The notes: a model not told the origin generated them from the letters alone. A stretch of 32,000 bases of DNA from an uncultured Chloroflexia bacterium (GCA_963718915.1 CAVRAI010000014.1:211033-243032), one strand, 5' to 3'. Shown: positions 15,444-24,457, counted from the stretch's first letter. Program-made: numbers and translations.

Positions 15444-16286
15444 ATGCCATTTTCGTCGGGCGACCCCATTACCGACCCGCTGAGTCCGGTTGCGCTGACG
15501 ACGCTGCTCACCGCCCTGGGACTCAGTTCCACTGCTGGGCTGCGCGCCTATCTGCCGCTGCTGATTCTTGGCATCGCCAGCGACATCCGCGGCCCGGATG
15601 GTGTGGCGCTGCTGCCGGTTCAGGATCAGTTCCATGTCCTGGGCAATCCGATTGTGCTTGGGGTGCTGGCGATCCTGGTGGTACTGGAGTTCCTGGCGGA
15701 TAAAGTGCCGGGCGTGGATCACATCAGCGATATCGTGCATACGGTCATTCGCCCCGCCGCTGGCGCATTGATTATGGCGGGCAGCGCCAATACACTGAGC
15801 GACGAGAGCAAAATCGTGGCGGCGGTGGTGGGCGCGCTGGTGGCGCTGGCGACACACTTCATGAAGGCTGGCACACGCGCTGCGGTCACATCGACTACCG
15901 CTGGCATAGGCAACCCTTTTGCCAGCTTCCTCGAAGATATTCTGGTCGTGGGGGTCATTCTGCTGCTGGTGCTGGCGCCGATTGTCGGATTCATCGCGCT
16001 GGTGTTGCTGCTGATTCTCTTCTTCAAGGCTGCGCGGGCGATGTTCCGCGGCGTCCGGCAGATCTTCGGCGGTGGAGGATCCAAACCGGCGGGAGCTGCC
16101 AAAGCGCCTAACGCGTTTTCTGACACAACGATGACCTATTCATCCCCATCAGATGACTCGCTTGCGCCGCTGGGAACCACCTATGGCGCATCTGGCGCGC
16201 CACCAGCGCTGCCAACCGTCTCCGGCGGATACGCGGCCAACGCGCCCTATCCTCCCGACGCCGACACGATTCAGCGGCCAAACTAG
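15444..16286 (+). CDS. DUF4126-like integral membrane protein with a Pro/Ala-rich C-terminal tail
   Basis: GLSSTAGLRAYLPLLILGIA..FLADKVPGVDHISD..RPAAGALIMAG matches my recollection of DUF4126. SD AGGAGGAG lies 7 nt before ATG. Confidence 0.7.
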   Translation: MPFSSGDPITDPLSPVALTTLLTALGLSSTAGLRAYLPLLILGIASDIRGPDGVALLPVQDQFHVLGNPIVLGVLAILVVLEFLADKVPGVDHISDIVHTVIRPAAGALIMAGSANTLSDESKIVAAVVGALVALATHFMKAGTRAAVTSTTAGIGNPFASFLEDILVVGVILLLVLAPIVGFIALVLLLILFFKAARAMFRGVRQIFGGGGSKPAGAAKAPNAFSDTTMTYSSPSDDSLAPLGTTYGASGAPPALPTVSGGYAANAPYPPDADTIQRPN

Positions 16287-16294
16287 CGCTTACC

Positions 16295-17821
16295 ATGCCA
16301 GACAGCTCGCCCGGTTCTGAATCTACATCCGCCGCCCACCGCCGTTCCCGGTTGTGGGCGGCTGTCGTTGTGGCGGTTGTGCTGACGATTATCGGCTCGG
16401 CGGCCATCGCGCATGCGCTGGTGGAGCGAGCGCGCCAGGCCGAGGCGGTTGTCGCCGCGCCGTCCCTGCCAACGCTCCCGGTAGTAGCGGTTGCCCACCC
16501 GGAGGCGGGCGCGCTCCTGACGGCGTACGATTCTGCGACCGGCAACCTCGCGACACTTGCCAGCCAGCGCGAGCCGTTCTGCCCGCCCGTCGGCGCGTGC
16601 CAGCCCGTTCGCCCGGATGCCTTCGTCCTGCTGAATGGCGCGAGTGGCCAGCAGATAGCACGGACGCCCCTGACCGGCGACGCCTCCGCCGCAGCCGACA
16701 CGCTGTTGCTGCTGGATGATCCGGTACGCCAGCGGGCATACGCCATTGCGCCCAGTACGATAACGAGCTTCTCGACTGTGAATGGCGCGTTAGTTGGCCA
16801 TCTGACACTGGCGCACATTGCCCCCTGGACTGGCGGCGCGCTCGATGCCGCGACTGGCCATCTTTATCTTGTCGGCGGTGGGCAGGTGGTGACGCTTGAC
16901 GTGGCGACCGGGAACGCGCTGGCCGCGGCAAGACTCTCCATGACGAGCGACATACCTGTTCCCGATGGGCCGGTCTTCGATATAGCGCGGCGACTGCTCT
17001 ACATCGCGATACGCCCCAAACTTGCCAGCGATGCGCCCCACCTGCTGGCGCTGGATGCCGCGACGCTCCGGCAGGTCAGCGCGCTGGCGTTGCCGGTTGG
17101 CGCGCGCCTGGGGCCGATTGACGCGGCGACCGGAGCGCTCGATATCTTTGGTGGCGATGGCCGTGGCTGGCAGCTTCACGCGGGACTGGCGACTGCCCCG
17201 ACGCTCACGCGGGCGCCCATGCTCGACGGCGCGCTGGCGGTGGGGGCGAATCCAGCCCTGCGGCGCCTCTATGTCGCTGGTTTCACGCAGACGCTCTCGC
17301 TGGATACGCGCGATGGGCGAATGCTCGCGGGGCTGCCCCTGGTAGCGCGTTGGCCCATGTATGAGCCGCTGCCGGTGGATCAGGCGCATGGGCTGTTCTA
17401 CCTGCCATCCGATCACGGCGCGATAGTCATCGTCCGCGATGGCGCGGGCAACACACGCATAACTGCGCCCTCGGCGGCGATTCTGGCGCGGGCAGCGCTG
17501 GCGGAATTGCTGCCAGATACGAATCAGGATCCGCCGTTCGTCGCGCCCGATACATTCCCGCTCGGCGCAGGCACGCCCGCGCATCCCGAGACGCGCGCGC
17601 TGGACTTCTGGATCCACTTTGCCGACCGCGGCTGGCAGGGGCCGTATCCTGGAACCGCCAGCGTCGCCGTCACGACGAATGGCGCGCAGCCCGGCGGCTA
17701 CATCGTCACGTTTACGATGACCTGGCGGCAACTTTTCGAGCGGACGCATACATGGGTCTGTGCGGTTGCGCCAGGCGGCACGGTGGCGCTACGTTCCGAG
17801 ACAGGCGATACTGTGCCGTAG
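16295..17821 (+). CDS. Membrane-anchored hypothetical protein, probably a beta-propeller (YVTN/YncE-like repeats)
   Basis: N-terminal TM helix LWAAVVVAVVLTIIGSAAIAHALV. Recurrent LY(L/V)..G...V..LD..TG motifs. The start lies 8 nt after the preceding stop codon. Confidence 0.6.
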   Translation: MPDSSPGSESTSAAHRRSRLWAAVVVAVVLTIIGSAAIAHALVERARQAEAVVAAPSLPTLPVVAVAHPEAGALLTAYDSATGNLATLASQREPFCPPVGACQPVRPDAFVLLNGASGQQIARTPLTGDASAAADTLLLLDDPVRQRAYAIAPSTITSFSTVNGALVGHLTLAHIAPWTGGALDAATGHLYLVGGGQVVTLDVATGNALAAARLSMTSDIPVPDGPVFDIARRLLYIAIRPKLASDAPHLLALDAATLRQVSALALPVGARLGPIDAATGALDIFGGDGRGWQLHAGLATAPTLTRAPMLDGALAVGANPALRRLYVAGFTQTLSLDTRDGRMLAGLPLVARWPMYEPLPVDQAHGLFYLPSDHGAIVIVRDGAGNTRITAPSAAILARAALAELLPDTNQDPPFVAPDTFPLGAGTPAHPETRALDFWIHFADRGWQGPYPGTASVAVTTNGAQPGGYIVTFTMTWRQLFERTHTWVCAVAPGGTVALRSETGDTVP

Positions 17822-17887
17822 ACGCGAATGAGGCGATCCCGGCCTTGACGCAGCTCTGCTAATAGTGATGGCTATCTCGGCCTTGAT

Positions 17888-18087
17888 GTCGTTTTAGCAT
17901 GTGCGATGGACACGGGCATTGCGGTGGGGTGAGCAGGCCGGAGCGTGAACGCTACGCGAATGGACGCATGCGACGATATGCGCTGGTGGGGCAGGGAAAT
18001 TCGTGGGGCATGTATGCTCCGGCACGCGTCTCTCAGCAGACCGCTGGCGCAAGCTGGAGATTTGTCCCTCCTATGTTCTAAAACGAC
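17888..18087. repeat. MITE-like element, copy B, with perfect 10-bp terminal inverted repeats
   Basis: GTCGTTTTAG (17888-17897) pairs with CTAAAACGAC (18078-18087). The core at 17888-17961 is about 89% identical to 7692-7766. It sits directly upstream of the rph SD. Confidence 0.7.
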
Positions 18088-18116
18088 GTTATGGCCGAGA
18101 AAGTCCCAAGGAGAAG

Positions 18117-18839
18117 ATGATGACGCGCGTAGATGGACGTGCCAACGATGAGATGCGCCCGGTGACGGTGACGCCTGACTACATCAGCCATGCCGAGGGG
18201 TCGGCGCTGATTGAGTTCGGCAGAACACGCGTGCTGTGCGTGGCGACGATAGAAGACGGCGTGCCGCCATGGCTGACCGGGCGCGGCCAGGGCTGGATTA
18301 CCTCGGAATATGCGATGCTGCCACGCGCGGGGACGCAACGGTCGCGGCGCGAGTCGGTCGCGGGCAAGATCGGCGGGCGTACGCACGAAATTCAGCGGCT
18401 GATTGGGCGCTCGCTGCGGGCGGCGGTGGACTTGAAGGCGCTGGGCGAACATACCATCACCCTCGACTGCGACGTGATTCAGGCGGATGGTGGCACCCGC
18501 ACCGCCGCGATTACCGGCGCGTGGATCGCGCTGCAACGGGCGACGAAGCGGCTAAAGGCGCGCCATACGCTGCGAGTTGATCCGATCCGGGTGGGCGTCG
18601 CGGCGATCAGCGTTGGCATCGTCAAGGGCAGCGTGATGCTCGATCTCGCCTATGACGAAGACTCGAAGGCCGAGGTGGACGCCAATGTCGTGATGACGAG
18701 CAATGGCGAGTTCATCGAGGTGCAGGGCACGGCCGAGGGCAAGCCGTTCTCCCGCGCCCAACTGGACGAACTGCTAGGACTGGCCGAGGGTGGCATCCGC
18801 AAGCTCCTGGAGATGCAGCAGAAGTTTGTAGAGCTTTAG
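18117..18839 (+). CDS. rph: Ribonuclease PH
   Basis: [88 protein letters not shown] at 18108-18113. The start is ATG 18117 or 18120. Confidence 0.92.
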   Translation: MMTRVDGRANDEMRPVTVTPDYISHAEGSALIEFGRTRVLCVATIEDGVPPWLTGRGQGWITSEYAMLPRAGTQRSRRESVAGKIGGRTHEIQRLIGRSLRAAVDLKALGEHTITLDCDVIQADGGTRTAAITGAWIALQRATKRLKARHTLRVDPIRVGVAAISVGIVKGSVMLDLAYDEDSKAEVDANVVMTSNGEFIEVQGTAEGKPFSRAQLDELLGLAEGGIRKLLEMQQKFVEL

Positions 18840-18840
18840 G

Positions 18841-19554
18841 TTGATGGCTATGGTTACTCCCGACACAATGACGGCGCTGGTGATCGCGGCGCACCCCGAC
18901 GACATCGAAAGCTGGTGCGCGGGCGCGGTTGCCGGGCTGGTGCGGGCCGGATGGCGGGTGGTCTACGTCCTTTGCACCTCCGGCGAGAAGGGTACGAGTG
19001 ATCCCATTGAGTCACTACAGGCGGTGGCGGCGCGGCGCGAGGAGGAGCAGCGCGAGGCCGCGCGACTCGTTGGCGCTGATAAGCCGGTCTTTCTGCGGCT
19101 GGGCGACGGCGAACTGGAAGACACTCGCGAGTTCCGTGGATTGCTGGTGCGTGAGATACGCCGCCACCGCCCACGATTGCTCATCACCCACGACCCGGAG
19201 CATCCCTGGCCGCCGTACACAACTCACCGCGATCATCGTATCGCCGGGCGTGTCGCACTTGACGCCGCCTATCCCTACGCGCGCGACCCGTTCCACTTTC
19301 CCGAACAGCTTGCCAGCGAGGGGTTGACGCCGCACGCCGTTCCGGAGGTCTGGCTTTTCAGTTCAGATACACCAGATCATTACGTGGATATCAGCGCGAC
19401 GCTTGACGCCAAGATTGCGGCGCGACTGGCCCACGCCAGCCAGACAAGTGATCCCGACGCGCTGGCGGAGTCGTGGCTTCACCGAGCGCAGGAGACGGGG
19501 CAGTCCGCTGGGTTGCCCTATGCCGAGGCGTTCAAGCGGCTGATACTGGGCTAA
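18841..19554 (+). CDS. PIG-L/LmbE-family deacetylase
   Basis: LVIAAHPDDIESWCAGAV..ITHDPEHP....HRDHR are the zinc-site motifs. The start could be TTG 18841, ATG 18844 or ATG 18850, right after the rph stop codon. Confidence 0.85.
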   Translation: MMAMVTPDTMTALVIAAHPDDIESWCAGAVAGLVRAGWRVVYVLCTSGEKGTSDPIESLQAVAARREEEQREAARLVGADKPVFLRLGDGELEDTREFRGLLVREIRRHRPRLLITHDPEHPWPPYTTHRDHRIAGRVALDAAYPYARDPFHFPEQLASEGLTPHAVPEVWLFSSDTPDHYVDISATLDAKIAARLAHASQTSDPDALAESWLHRAQETGQSAGLPYAEAFKRLILG

Positions 19555-19578
19555 CATATCCGCGATGTCGCTCGTCCG

Positions 19579-19944
19579 CTAAGATGCTGATGCGTTGTCG
19601 CTGGCTGCCACAATCGTGTAGACGCGGCGGAGCGCGAGCGTATGGGCCTCGTCGCGAGTCGCATACAGCAGATAGTCGCCAGCGCTGTTATAAGGTTTGG
19701 GGCCAGACTTCGTGCCTTCTGGCTGGGGAGCAATGCGTTCCTTGATTTCGGCGAAAAAGCCAGTCGCGATTTGCACCCACTGATTTTTGGCCGCATTCCA
19801 GGATTCGCATATCCCTGGATAGATACCGATCGTGAAGTCGCGCCCACCCTGATGCTGAAGATGCCATATCACCGGAACCGTAGCAGGTCCCTTCGCCCTC
19901 CGAATGCGTGTATCAGAAGCGTTGTTGGTCATGATAGTATCCAT
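19579..19944 (-). CDS. Hypothetical protein (orphan) in the lower-G+C island
   Basis: 121-aa ORF with a possible SD AGGATGGA. I recognise no family with confidence. Confidence 0.45.
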   Translation of the reverse strand: MDTIMTNNASDTRIRRAKGPATVPVIWHLQHQGGRDFTIGIYPGICESWNAAKNQWVQIATGFFAEIKERIAPQPEGTKSGPKPYNSAGDYLLYATRDEAHTLALRRVYTIVAASDNASAS

Positions 19945-20030
19945 CCTGTCTGATGTTAGAAACGCGCGAAACGCGAATTTCTATGTGGTCTACGTAACGT
20001 TGCTATCTGCGAAGCTGTTGGGCGATCCGC

Positions 20031-20483
20031 TTACCCAGCGATGCGCCAACCAGCCCACAGCGCCCACCAGGCGGTGTTGCGCTGAATCCCAATCATATCC
20101 CCGACACTGAAGTGATTGAATTGGCTCTCGCTACACTTTATCTGCTGCGATTTTTGGCGCCACGTCTGCGGATCTCTGAACCGCACGAGCAGGTTACAGG
20201 GTGTATGTGAACCCACCAGGCCATCTCTGCCTTCGCCCCGATACTTCCTGGATACTACTCCCGTAGATGTAACGACCATGTTCTTTCTCCTGCCATTGCC
20301 TTCGTGGCTTTTCATTGGGGGAATGGCGCATGTAACAACTGACCCGCACGTGTACAGTACGAGCTGCAGCGGAATGAGGGCCGTGAATGCTAACCCTGCG
20401 AGAGCACGACGTATGAGGAACGGATGGATAACGCGCTCTCGCTCAATGTTCGTTACCGCAAAATCACGCACGCGCCAATGCAT
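20031..20483 (-). CDS. Hypothetical small protein; the likely true start is internal (ATG 20277-20279, 82 aa)
   Basis: AGGAGA SD lies 7 nt before the internal ATG (MVVTSTGVV..). The overlapping plus-strand ORF 20116-20613 is Cys/Trp/Arg-rich and looks non-coding. Confidence 0.3.
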   Translation of the reverse strand: MHWRVRDFAVTNIERERVIHPFLIRRALAGLAFTALIPLQLVLYTCGSVVTCAIPPMKSHEGNGRRKNMVVTSTGVVSRKYRGEGRDGLVGSHTPCNLLVRFRDPQTWRQKSQQIKCSESQFNHFSVGDMIGIQRNTAWWALWAGWRIAG

Positions 20484-20585
20484 TTATTGGCGTCTGGTGC
20501 GTCGAGCCGCTGGCAAAGTTGCAGGAACTTTTTCGATGCAGTACCCAGAGTATAGCATAAGGCAAGGCAATGGGCGCGCGAGCAT

Positions 20586-20662
20586 GCCGTTCACTCGCGC
20601 CCCAACTGGATGAACTGCTGGAGCTTCAGCAGAAGTACGCGGAGCTATAGGCGGCTATGGTA
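20586..20662 (+). pseudogene. Degenerate duplicate of the rph 3' end plus the rph/deacetylase junction
   Basis: gccgttcactcgcgccccaactggatgaactgct..ggagcttcagcagaagtacgcggagctataggcggctatggt aligns to 18753-18860. It carries a 31-nt deletion and a 1-nt insertion. Its reading PFTRAP/QLDELLELQQKYAEL* corresponds to [21 protein letters not shown]. Confidence 0.65.
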
Positions 20663-20718
20663 GATTATGGTGTAGTTGCTTCACTGCTTGCACGACACAT
20701 CAGCGCGAGTTCCGCACA

Positions 20719-21159
20719 TTGGATGCTGTCTTCGAGCGGAGACTTCTCATCTCTGAAAGTAGGTCTACCGTGAGCGCCATCACGGCGATGAAAATCGTAG
20801 CGATTGTCAATTTGGCAGTTGCGGCGCTCTGCCCTCTTATATGGTACATCTACTATCAGAGAAGGGTCGTGCCGCGTCTTCCTGGAACAGAAATGACGCT
20901 CACTCGCCGAGGCATCCACAAGCAACTCATCAAATTGGTGATCGAGTCCAGTTTGATTTACATCGCGTGGGCGGGCTTTTGGTATACTATGTCAATAATG
21001 CCGACTGCTGGTGCGAAGCTGGGCTTTGTTGCTGCTGAGAGAGTGGGCTTGGTATTGCTGATCGCTGGCTTACTGAGTCTTGGTGTTGTTGTCTCTTCAC
21101 TCTTTATGGCAATAGCAACGTTTGCGAAAGTGCAAGCGATGACACCTCGCAGCGGCTAG
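20719..21159 (+). CDS. Hypothetical membrane protein (3-4 TM helices), lower G+C
   Basis: 146-aa ORF with hydrophobic helices IVAIVNLAVAALCPLIWYIY, LVIESSLIYIAWAGFWYTMSI and VGLVLLIAGLLSLGVVVSSLFMAIA. The start codon is uncertain. Confidence 0.45.
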   Translation: MDAVFERRLLISESRSTVSAITAMKIVAIVNLAVAALCPLIWYIYYQRRVVPRLPGTEMTLTRRGIHKQLIKLVIESSLIYIAWAGFWYTMSIMPTAGAKLGFVAAERVGLVLLIAGLLSLGVVVSSLFMAIATFAKVQAMTPRSG

Positions 21160-21178
21160 GCAGTTTGGTTGTCAGTTC

Positions 21179-22117
21179 CTACTCGTGACCCGGCGCCCAG
21201 GCGACAACGAGGATGCCTGCCGCCAGCACCAGCCCGCCGAGCCAGAACGCGCCGGTCAGCGCTTCGTGCAAAAACAGGCCCGCCAGGATGCCACCGACGA
21301 CGGGCTGGGCGAAGAAGTAGATCGAGGCGACGCCCGCCTCCATATGGGCGATGCCGCGATACCAGAGGAACCATGCCAGCGCCGTCGCGCCCAGGCCCAG
21401 ATAGAGTACCGCGCCCACCGCGCCGGGCGAGAAACTGAGCGCGCGCCAGTCATCGCGCAACGCCAGTTCGATGGCCGCCGCCGGGAGCATGAACAGCAGG
21501 CTCCAGCGCGTGGCGGAGGTCGCGGCGACCAGCGCGGAATGCCTGCGGATCAGCGGTGCGCCGACGACCGTAAACAGCGCCCAGCAGAGCGCCGAGAGGA
21601 CGAGCAGCCCGTCGCCCAGCAGCGCCGTCTGGTTGGCTGAGCTGCCAGTATCCGTAGCGGTCTGCGCCGCGACGACGATGGCGACGCCGACCACTGCCAG
21701 CAGCATCCCGGCAACCACAGGCCAACGAGGCCGCTCGCCGAGCAGCATCCACGCCAGCAGAACCACGAAGACTGGCGTACTCGTCGTCAGCAGCGCGCCG
21801 TCGTGGGCGCTGGCCAGCGCGGTGCCGAGAAACTGCGTGATGATGGTCGCGGCGACGATGCCCCCCAGCGAGATGGCGCGCCAGCGGTCGCCGGATGTCC
21901 AGGAGAGACGCGCAGTCGCCGCCAGTTTCGGATTGCGCCGGGCCGCCAGCCAGAGCGCCAGCGTGAGCGCCGCGCCGCCAATGACAACCCGCAGCGCGCC
22001 CAGCGTGACCGGGGGAATCAGCCCGAACCCGGCGCGGCTGACGACGTACATCCCGCCCCACAGGCATGACGCCAGCAGCGGATCGATCCCGGCGCGCAGA
22101 CTGCCTGGCGATCCCAT
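21179..22117 (-). CDS. EamA/DMT-family transporter
   Basis: 312 aa with about 10 TM helices and a duplicated EamA-like half structure. It starts 4 nt after the upstream hydrolase stop codon. Confidence 0.8.
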   Translation of the reverse strand: MGSPGSLRAGIDPLLASCLWGGMYVVSRAGFGLIPPVTLGALRVVIGGAALTLALWLAARRNPKLAATARLSWTSGDRWRAISLGGIVAATIITQFLGTALASAHDGALLTTSTPVFVVLLAWMLLGERPRWPVVAGMLLAVVGVAIVVAAQTATDTGSSANQTALLGDGLLVLSALCWALFTVVGAPLIRRHSALVAATSATRWSLLFMLPAAAIELALRDDWRALSFSPGAVGAVLYLGLGATALAWFLWYRGIAHMEAGVASIYFFAQPVVGGILAGLFLHEALTGAFWLGGLVLAAGILVVAWAPGHE

Positions 22118-22121
22118 GGCG

Positions 22122-23129
22122 CTAGCTCATCCGCGGCTGGATAGTGGAGCGCAGCCACGAGCCGACGACGCGGACGAACTCGTCGGGCAGCTCGTCCTGT
22201 GGCAGCCCGCCACAATCGAAGACGCGCAGATCGGTCCGAGGATTGAGCTGACGGAAGGCGCGCGCGTGCTCCAGCGGCGTGAGACGGGCGTTTTTGCCCC
22301 AGAGCAGCAGGATGGGCATCGTCAGCCGCATATACTCCTCATCCACGGGCGTATCGAGCGCGCCGGAGATAAAGCTGGCGGGGGCATAGCGCGCGTTGGG
22401 CTGGTGCGCGAGCGTGTAGTAATAGTCAATCAGGTCGTCGCTGACCTCCTCGCGCCGCTCATAGACCATGCGCAGGTAGTAGCGAATGGAGAGGCGCGAG
22501 GCGACGGCGTTATACATTGACTGGCCCAGTAGCGGCGAACGCAGAATCGCGCGCCAGAAGACATGGCTGCTCTCCTCCGGGTCGGAGGCGAGATCCTGGA
22601 TGCCCGTCGGCTGAATCAGCGCCAGCCGGTCGAAGAGGTCGGGCCGCTCCGCCGCCGCGCGCACTGTGAACGCCGCGCCGAGTGTCGAGGCGATCACCTG
22701 CACCGGGTGGTCCATCGCGCCGACGACCTGCCGCACGAAGTCCTGGATAAGGGCGACGTAGAGGTCGGGAGTGTAGGTGATGCGCGGGCGATCCGAGAGG
22801 CCGAAGCCGAGCAGGTCGAACGCATAGACGCGGTGATGCTCGGCAAGCTGCGCGAAGACGCGGCGAAACTCGAACGACGACGCGCCCGCGTAGATTCCGT
22901 GGATCAACACCAGTGGCTCACCGCGCCCGCGCACGGTATAGCTGATGCCGCCGCGCGTCCAGGCGTAGCGGCCATGCTCGCCTTCCAGCACGCTATATGG
23001 CTCGCCCGCCGTTGCCTCAGCGATCCGATTGGCCAGCGCCAGGAGACCGATGCCGCCCGCCGTCGCCAGCGCCGCGATCTGCCATGTCGCTGGCCGCCGA
23101 CGCCTCCCCACCTGCTCACCGTTCCACAT
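22122..23129 (-). CDS. Alpha/beta-fold hydrolase
   Basis: N-terminal TM helix, then PLVLIHGIYAGASSFEF..YAFDLLGFGLSDRP, which is a typical alpha/beta hydrolase N-terminal half. SD AGGAGG lies before ATG 23127-23129. Confidence 0.75.
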   Translation of the reverse strand: MWNGEQVGRRRRPATWQIAALATAGGIGLLALANRIAEATAGEPYSVLEGEHGRYAWTRGGISYTVRGRGEPLVLIHGIYAGASSFEFRRVFAQLAEHHRVYAFDLLGFGLSDRPRITYTPDLYVALIQDFVRQVVGAMDHPVQVIASTLGAAFTVRAAAERPDLFDRLALIQPTGIQDLASDPEESSHVFWRAILRSPLLGQSMYNAVASRLSIRYYLRMVYERREEVSDDLIDYYYTLAHQPNARYAPASFISGALDTPVDEEYMRLTMPILLLWGKNARLTPLEHARAFRQLNPRTDLRVFDCGGLPQDELPDEFVRVVGSWLRSTIQPRMS

Positions 23130-23149
23130 GCGGCTTTTCCTCCTGCCAT

Positions 23150-23204
23150 GCTTGTGCCGTGCTTGTGCCGTGTTTGTGCTGTGTTTGTGCTGTGTCTATG
23201 TGCC
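23150..23204. repeat. 11-nt tandem repeat x5 in the hydrolase leader, abutting its SD
   Basis: gcttgtgccgt gcttgtgccgt gtttgtgctgt gtttgtgctgt gtctatgtgcc. On the mRNA strand this reads (ACRGCACAARC)n followed by AUGGCAGGAGG. Confidence 0.9.
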
Positions 23205-23349
23205 CGCGCGACCTCCCGCCGCGCCGTCATTGTACCCCAAGGAGTCCCAGCGGAGGCGAGACAGGTACCCTCGCCACGCACTTCTTGTATATCCTTGTCT
23301 CTATATCCTAACGTGCGAGAGCGTGGCTACGCCTCAACGATATTTGCCG

Positions 23350-23844
23350 CTATCCGCCGTGTGATGTATTGCGCCCGGTGACGAGATCGACGGCGTGTGG
23401 CAACACCGGCAGAATCACCTCCAGACATTCGCGCACGCCCCGCGGGCTGCCAGGCAGGTTGACGATGAGCGTCGTCCCGCGGCACCCAGCCACGGCGCGC
23501 GAGAGCATGGCGAACGGCGTCTGCAGCAGGCTTTCCTGGCGCATTGCCTCGGCCAGCCCCGGCACGAGCCGGTCGATCACCGCGAGCGTCGCCTCGGGTG
23601 TGACGTCGGTTGGGCTAAGGCCGGTGCCGCCGGTCGTGAGAACAAGGTTGAGATGGAGATCGTCGGCCCAGTGGCGCAGGACCGATTCGATGGCAGCGCG
23701 GTCGTCGGGGACGATACGCTGATCCGCCACGTCGGCGGAGAGCGGAACCGCCGTCACGAGCTCGCGAATCGCCTCGCCAGAGGTGTCCTCGCGCTGGCCC
23801 GCCGCCCCCAGTGTGCTCACGGTCAAAATGCCCACGGTAATCAT
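23350..23844 (-). CDS. Molybdenum cofactor biosynthesis protein, Mog/MoaB family
   Basis: MITVGILTVS..LVLTTGGTGLSPTDVTPEAT..PGLAEAMR..MLSRAVAG..TLIVNLPGSPRG. SD GGAGGGAG upstream. Confidence 0.88.
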   Translation of the reverse strand: MITVGILTVSTLGAAGQREDTSGEAIRELVTAVPLSADVADQRIVPDDRAAIESVLRHWADDLHLNLVLTTGGTGLSPTDVTPEATLAVIDRLVPGLAEAMRQESLLQTPFAMLSRAVAGCRGTTLIVNLPGSPRGVRECLEVILPVLPHAVDLVTGRNTSHGG

Positions 23845-23870
23845 CGCGTATCTCTCCCTCCATCAAAGGC

Positions 23871-24028
23871 GCTGGCGGCTGAAGCCGCAGCTAAGGGACG
23901 CGCTCCCGCGCATCCGCGAAGCCTGCCTGCGCAGGCTCCAGACATTACCCCAAACGTTCACGCTTCTGGGAGGCCGCGAAGGCGGCCTTTGCCGCCGCAG
24001 GCGCTTAGGCGCGGCTTCAGCCGCCAGC
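23871..24028. repeat. 158-bp MITE/REP-like element with perfect 18-bp terminal inverted repeats
   Basis: GCTGGCGGCTGAAGCCGC (23871-23888) is the exact reverse complement of GCGGCTTCAGCCGCCAGC (24011-24028). The interior consists of GC hairpins with 4-nt loops (AGCCTGC-ctgc-GCAGGCT, GGCCGC-gaag-GCGGCC). Confidence 0.8.
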
Positions 24029-24081
24029 CGTCATCACCCCACAATAATGTTCCGCCTACACCCTCACTGACAACCAACCGA

Positions 24082-24111
24082 TTGACACAAATACACAAGC
24101 AATGTTACACT
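24082..24111 (+). promoter_or_regulatory. Sigma-70-type promoter for the riboswitch-permease transcript
   Basis: Consensus TTGACA (24082-24087), 18-nt spacer, TACACT (24106-24111). Confidence 0.45.
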
Positions 24112-24204
24112 AGATTTGTCCGAAACACGTCGGACACATCCCGTATAGTTCCGGGGATATGGCCCGGATGTATCTACCAGGCGACCGTAAATCGCCCGAC
24201 TACG

Positions 24205-24457
24205 AGATGAAGTGCATCTAGGGTTCCGTGCCTGCCAGCTCCATGCGCAGCATCGGCGCAGTGTCGCGTCGTCCATCATCTGGATTTATCATAGCGGCGC
24301 GTTTTGGCGAGCGGCGGCGGTCTGGTCCGAGCGATGCAGGCATGTCGGTTCCGCGTGAGATGATAAAGCGGCACTGTGCATGTTACACCACGGGGAAGAA
24401 AAGCCCGGATGGTAGGTTCACTCGCGCAGAAGGACCTACCACCGGGCTAATGTTTTT
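24205..24457 (+). promoter_or_regulatory. ykkC-family riboswitch-like leader (guanidine-I / subtype-2 class) with an overlapping intrinsic terminator
   Basis: Three motifs occur in canonical order: CUAGGGUUCCG (24218-24228), GGUCCGAGCG (24324-24333) and ACACCACGGGGAAGAAAAGCCCGG (24385-24408). The terminator pairs GCCCGG..GGUAGGU with ACCUACC.CCGGGC (24403-24447), followed by UAAUGUUUUU. Its 5' arm reuses the aptamer 3' strand. Confidence 0.6.

Noticed and set aside
19579-19944. Possible RNase H1 N-terminal hybrid-binding (Cauli_VI-like) similarity: GR....GIY......W..A...QV ... ATRDEA
   Set aside because: The spacing between the conserved residues does not match the compact HBD motif, and the match rests on a handful of residues. 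It is too weak to call without a profile search.
20116-20613. 165-aa plus-strand ORF in the lower-G+C island
   Set aside because: Its composition is Cys/Trp/Arg-rich and unlike a real protein, and it has no SD. Its 3' end is just the frameshifted rph remnant. The opposite strand has a better SD-led small ORF.
24218-24246. GGGUUCC...GCCAGCUCCA resembles the T-arm and acceptor 3' end of a tRNA or tmRNA
   Set aside because: No complementary 5' acceptor strand (GGAGCUG) lies upstream, the putative T-loop is non-canonical, and there is no CCA. The GGGUUCCG is better explained as the first conserved block of a ykkC-class aptamer.
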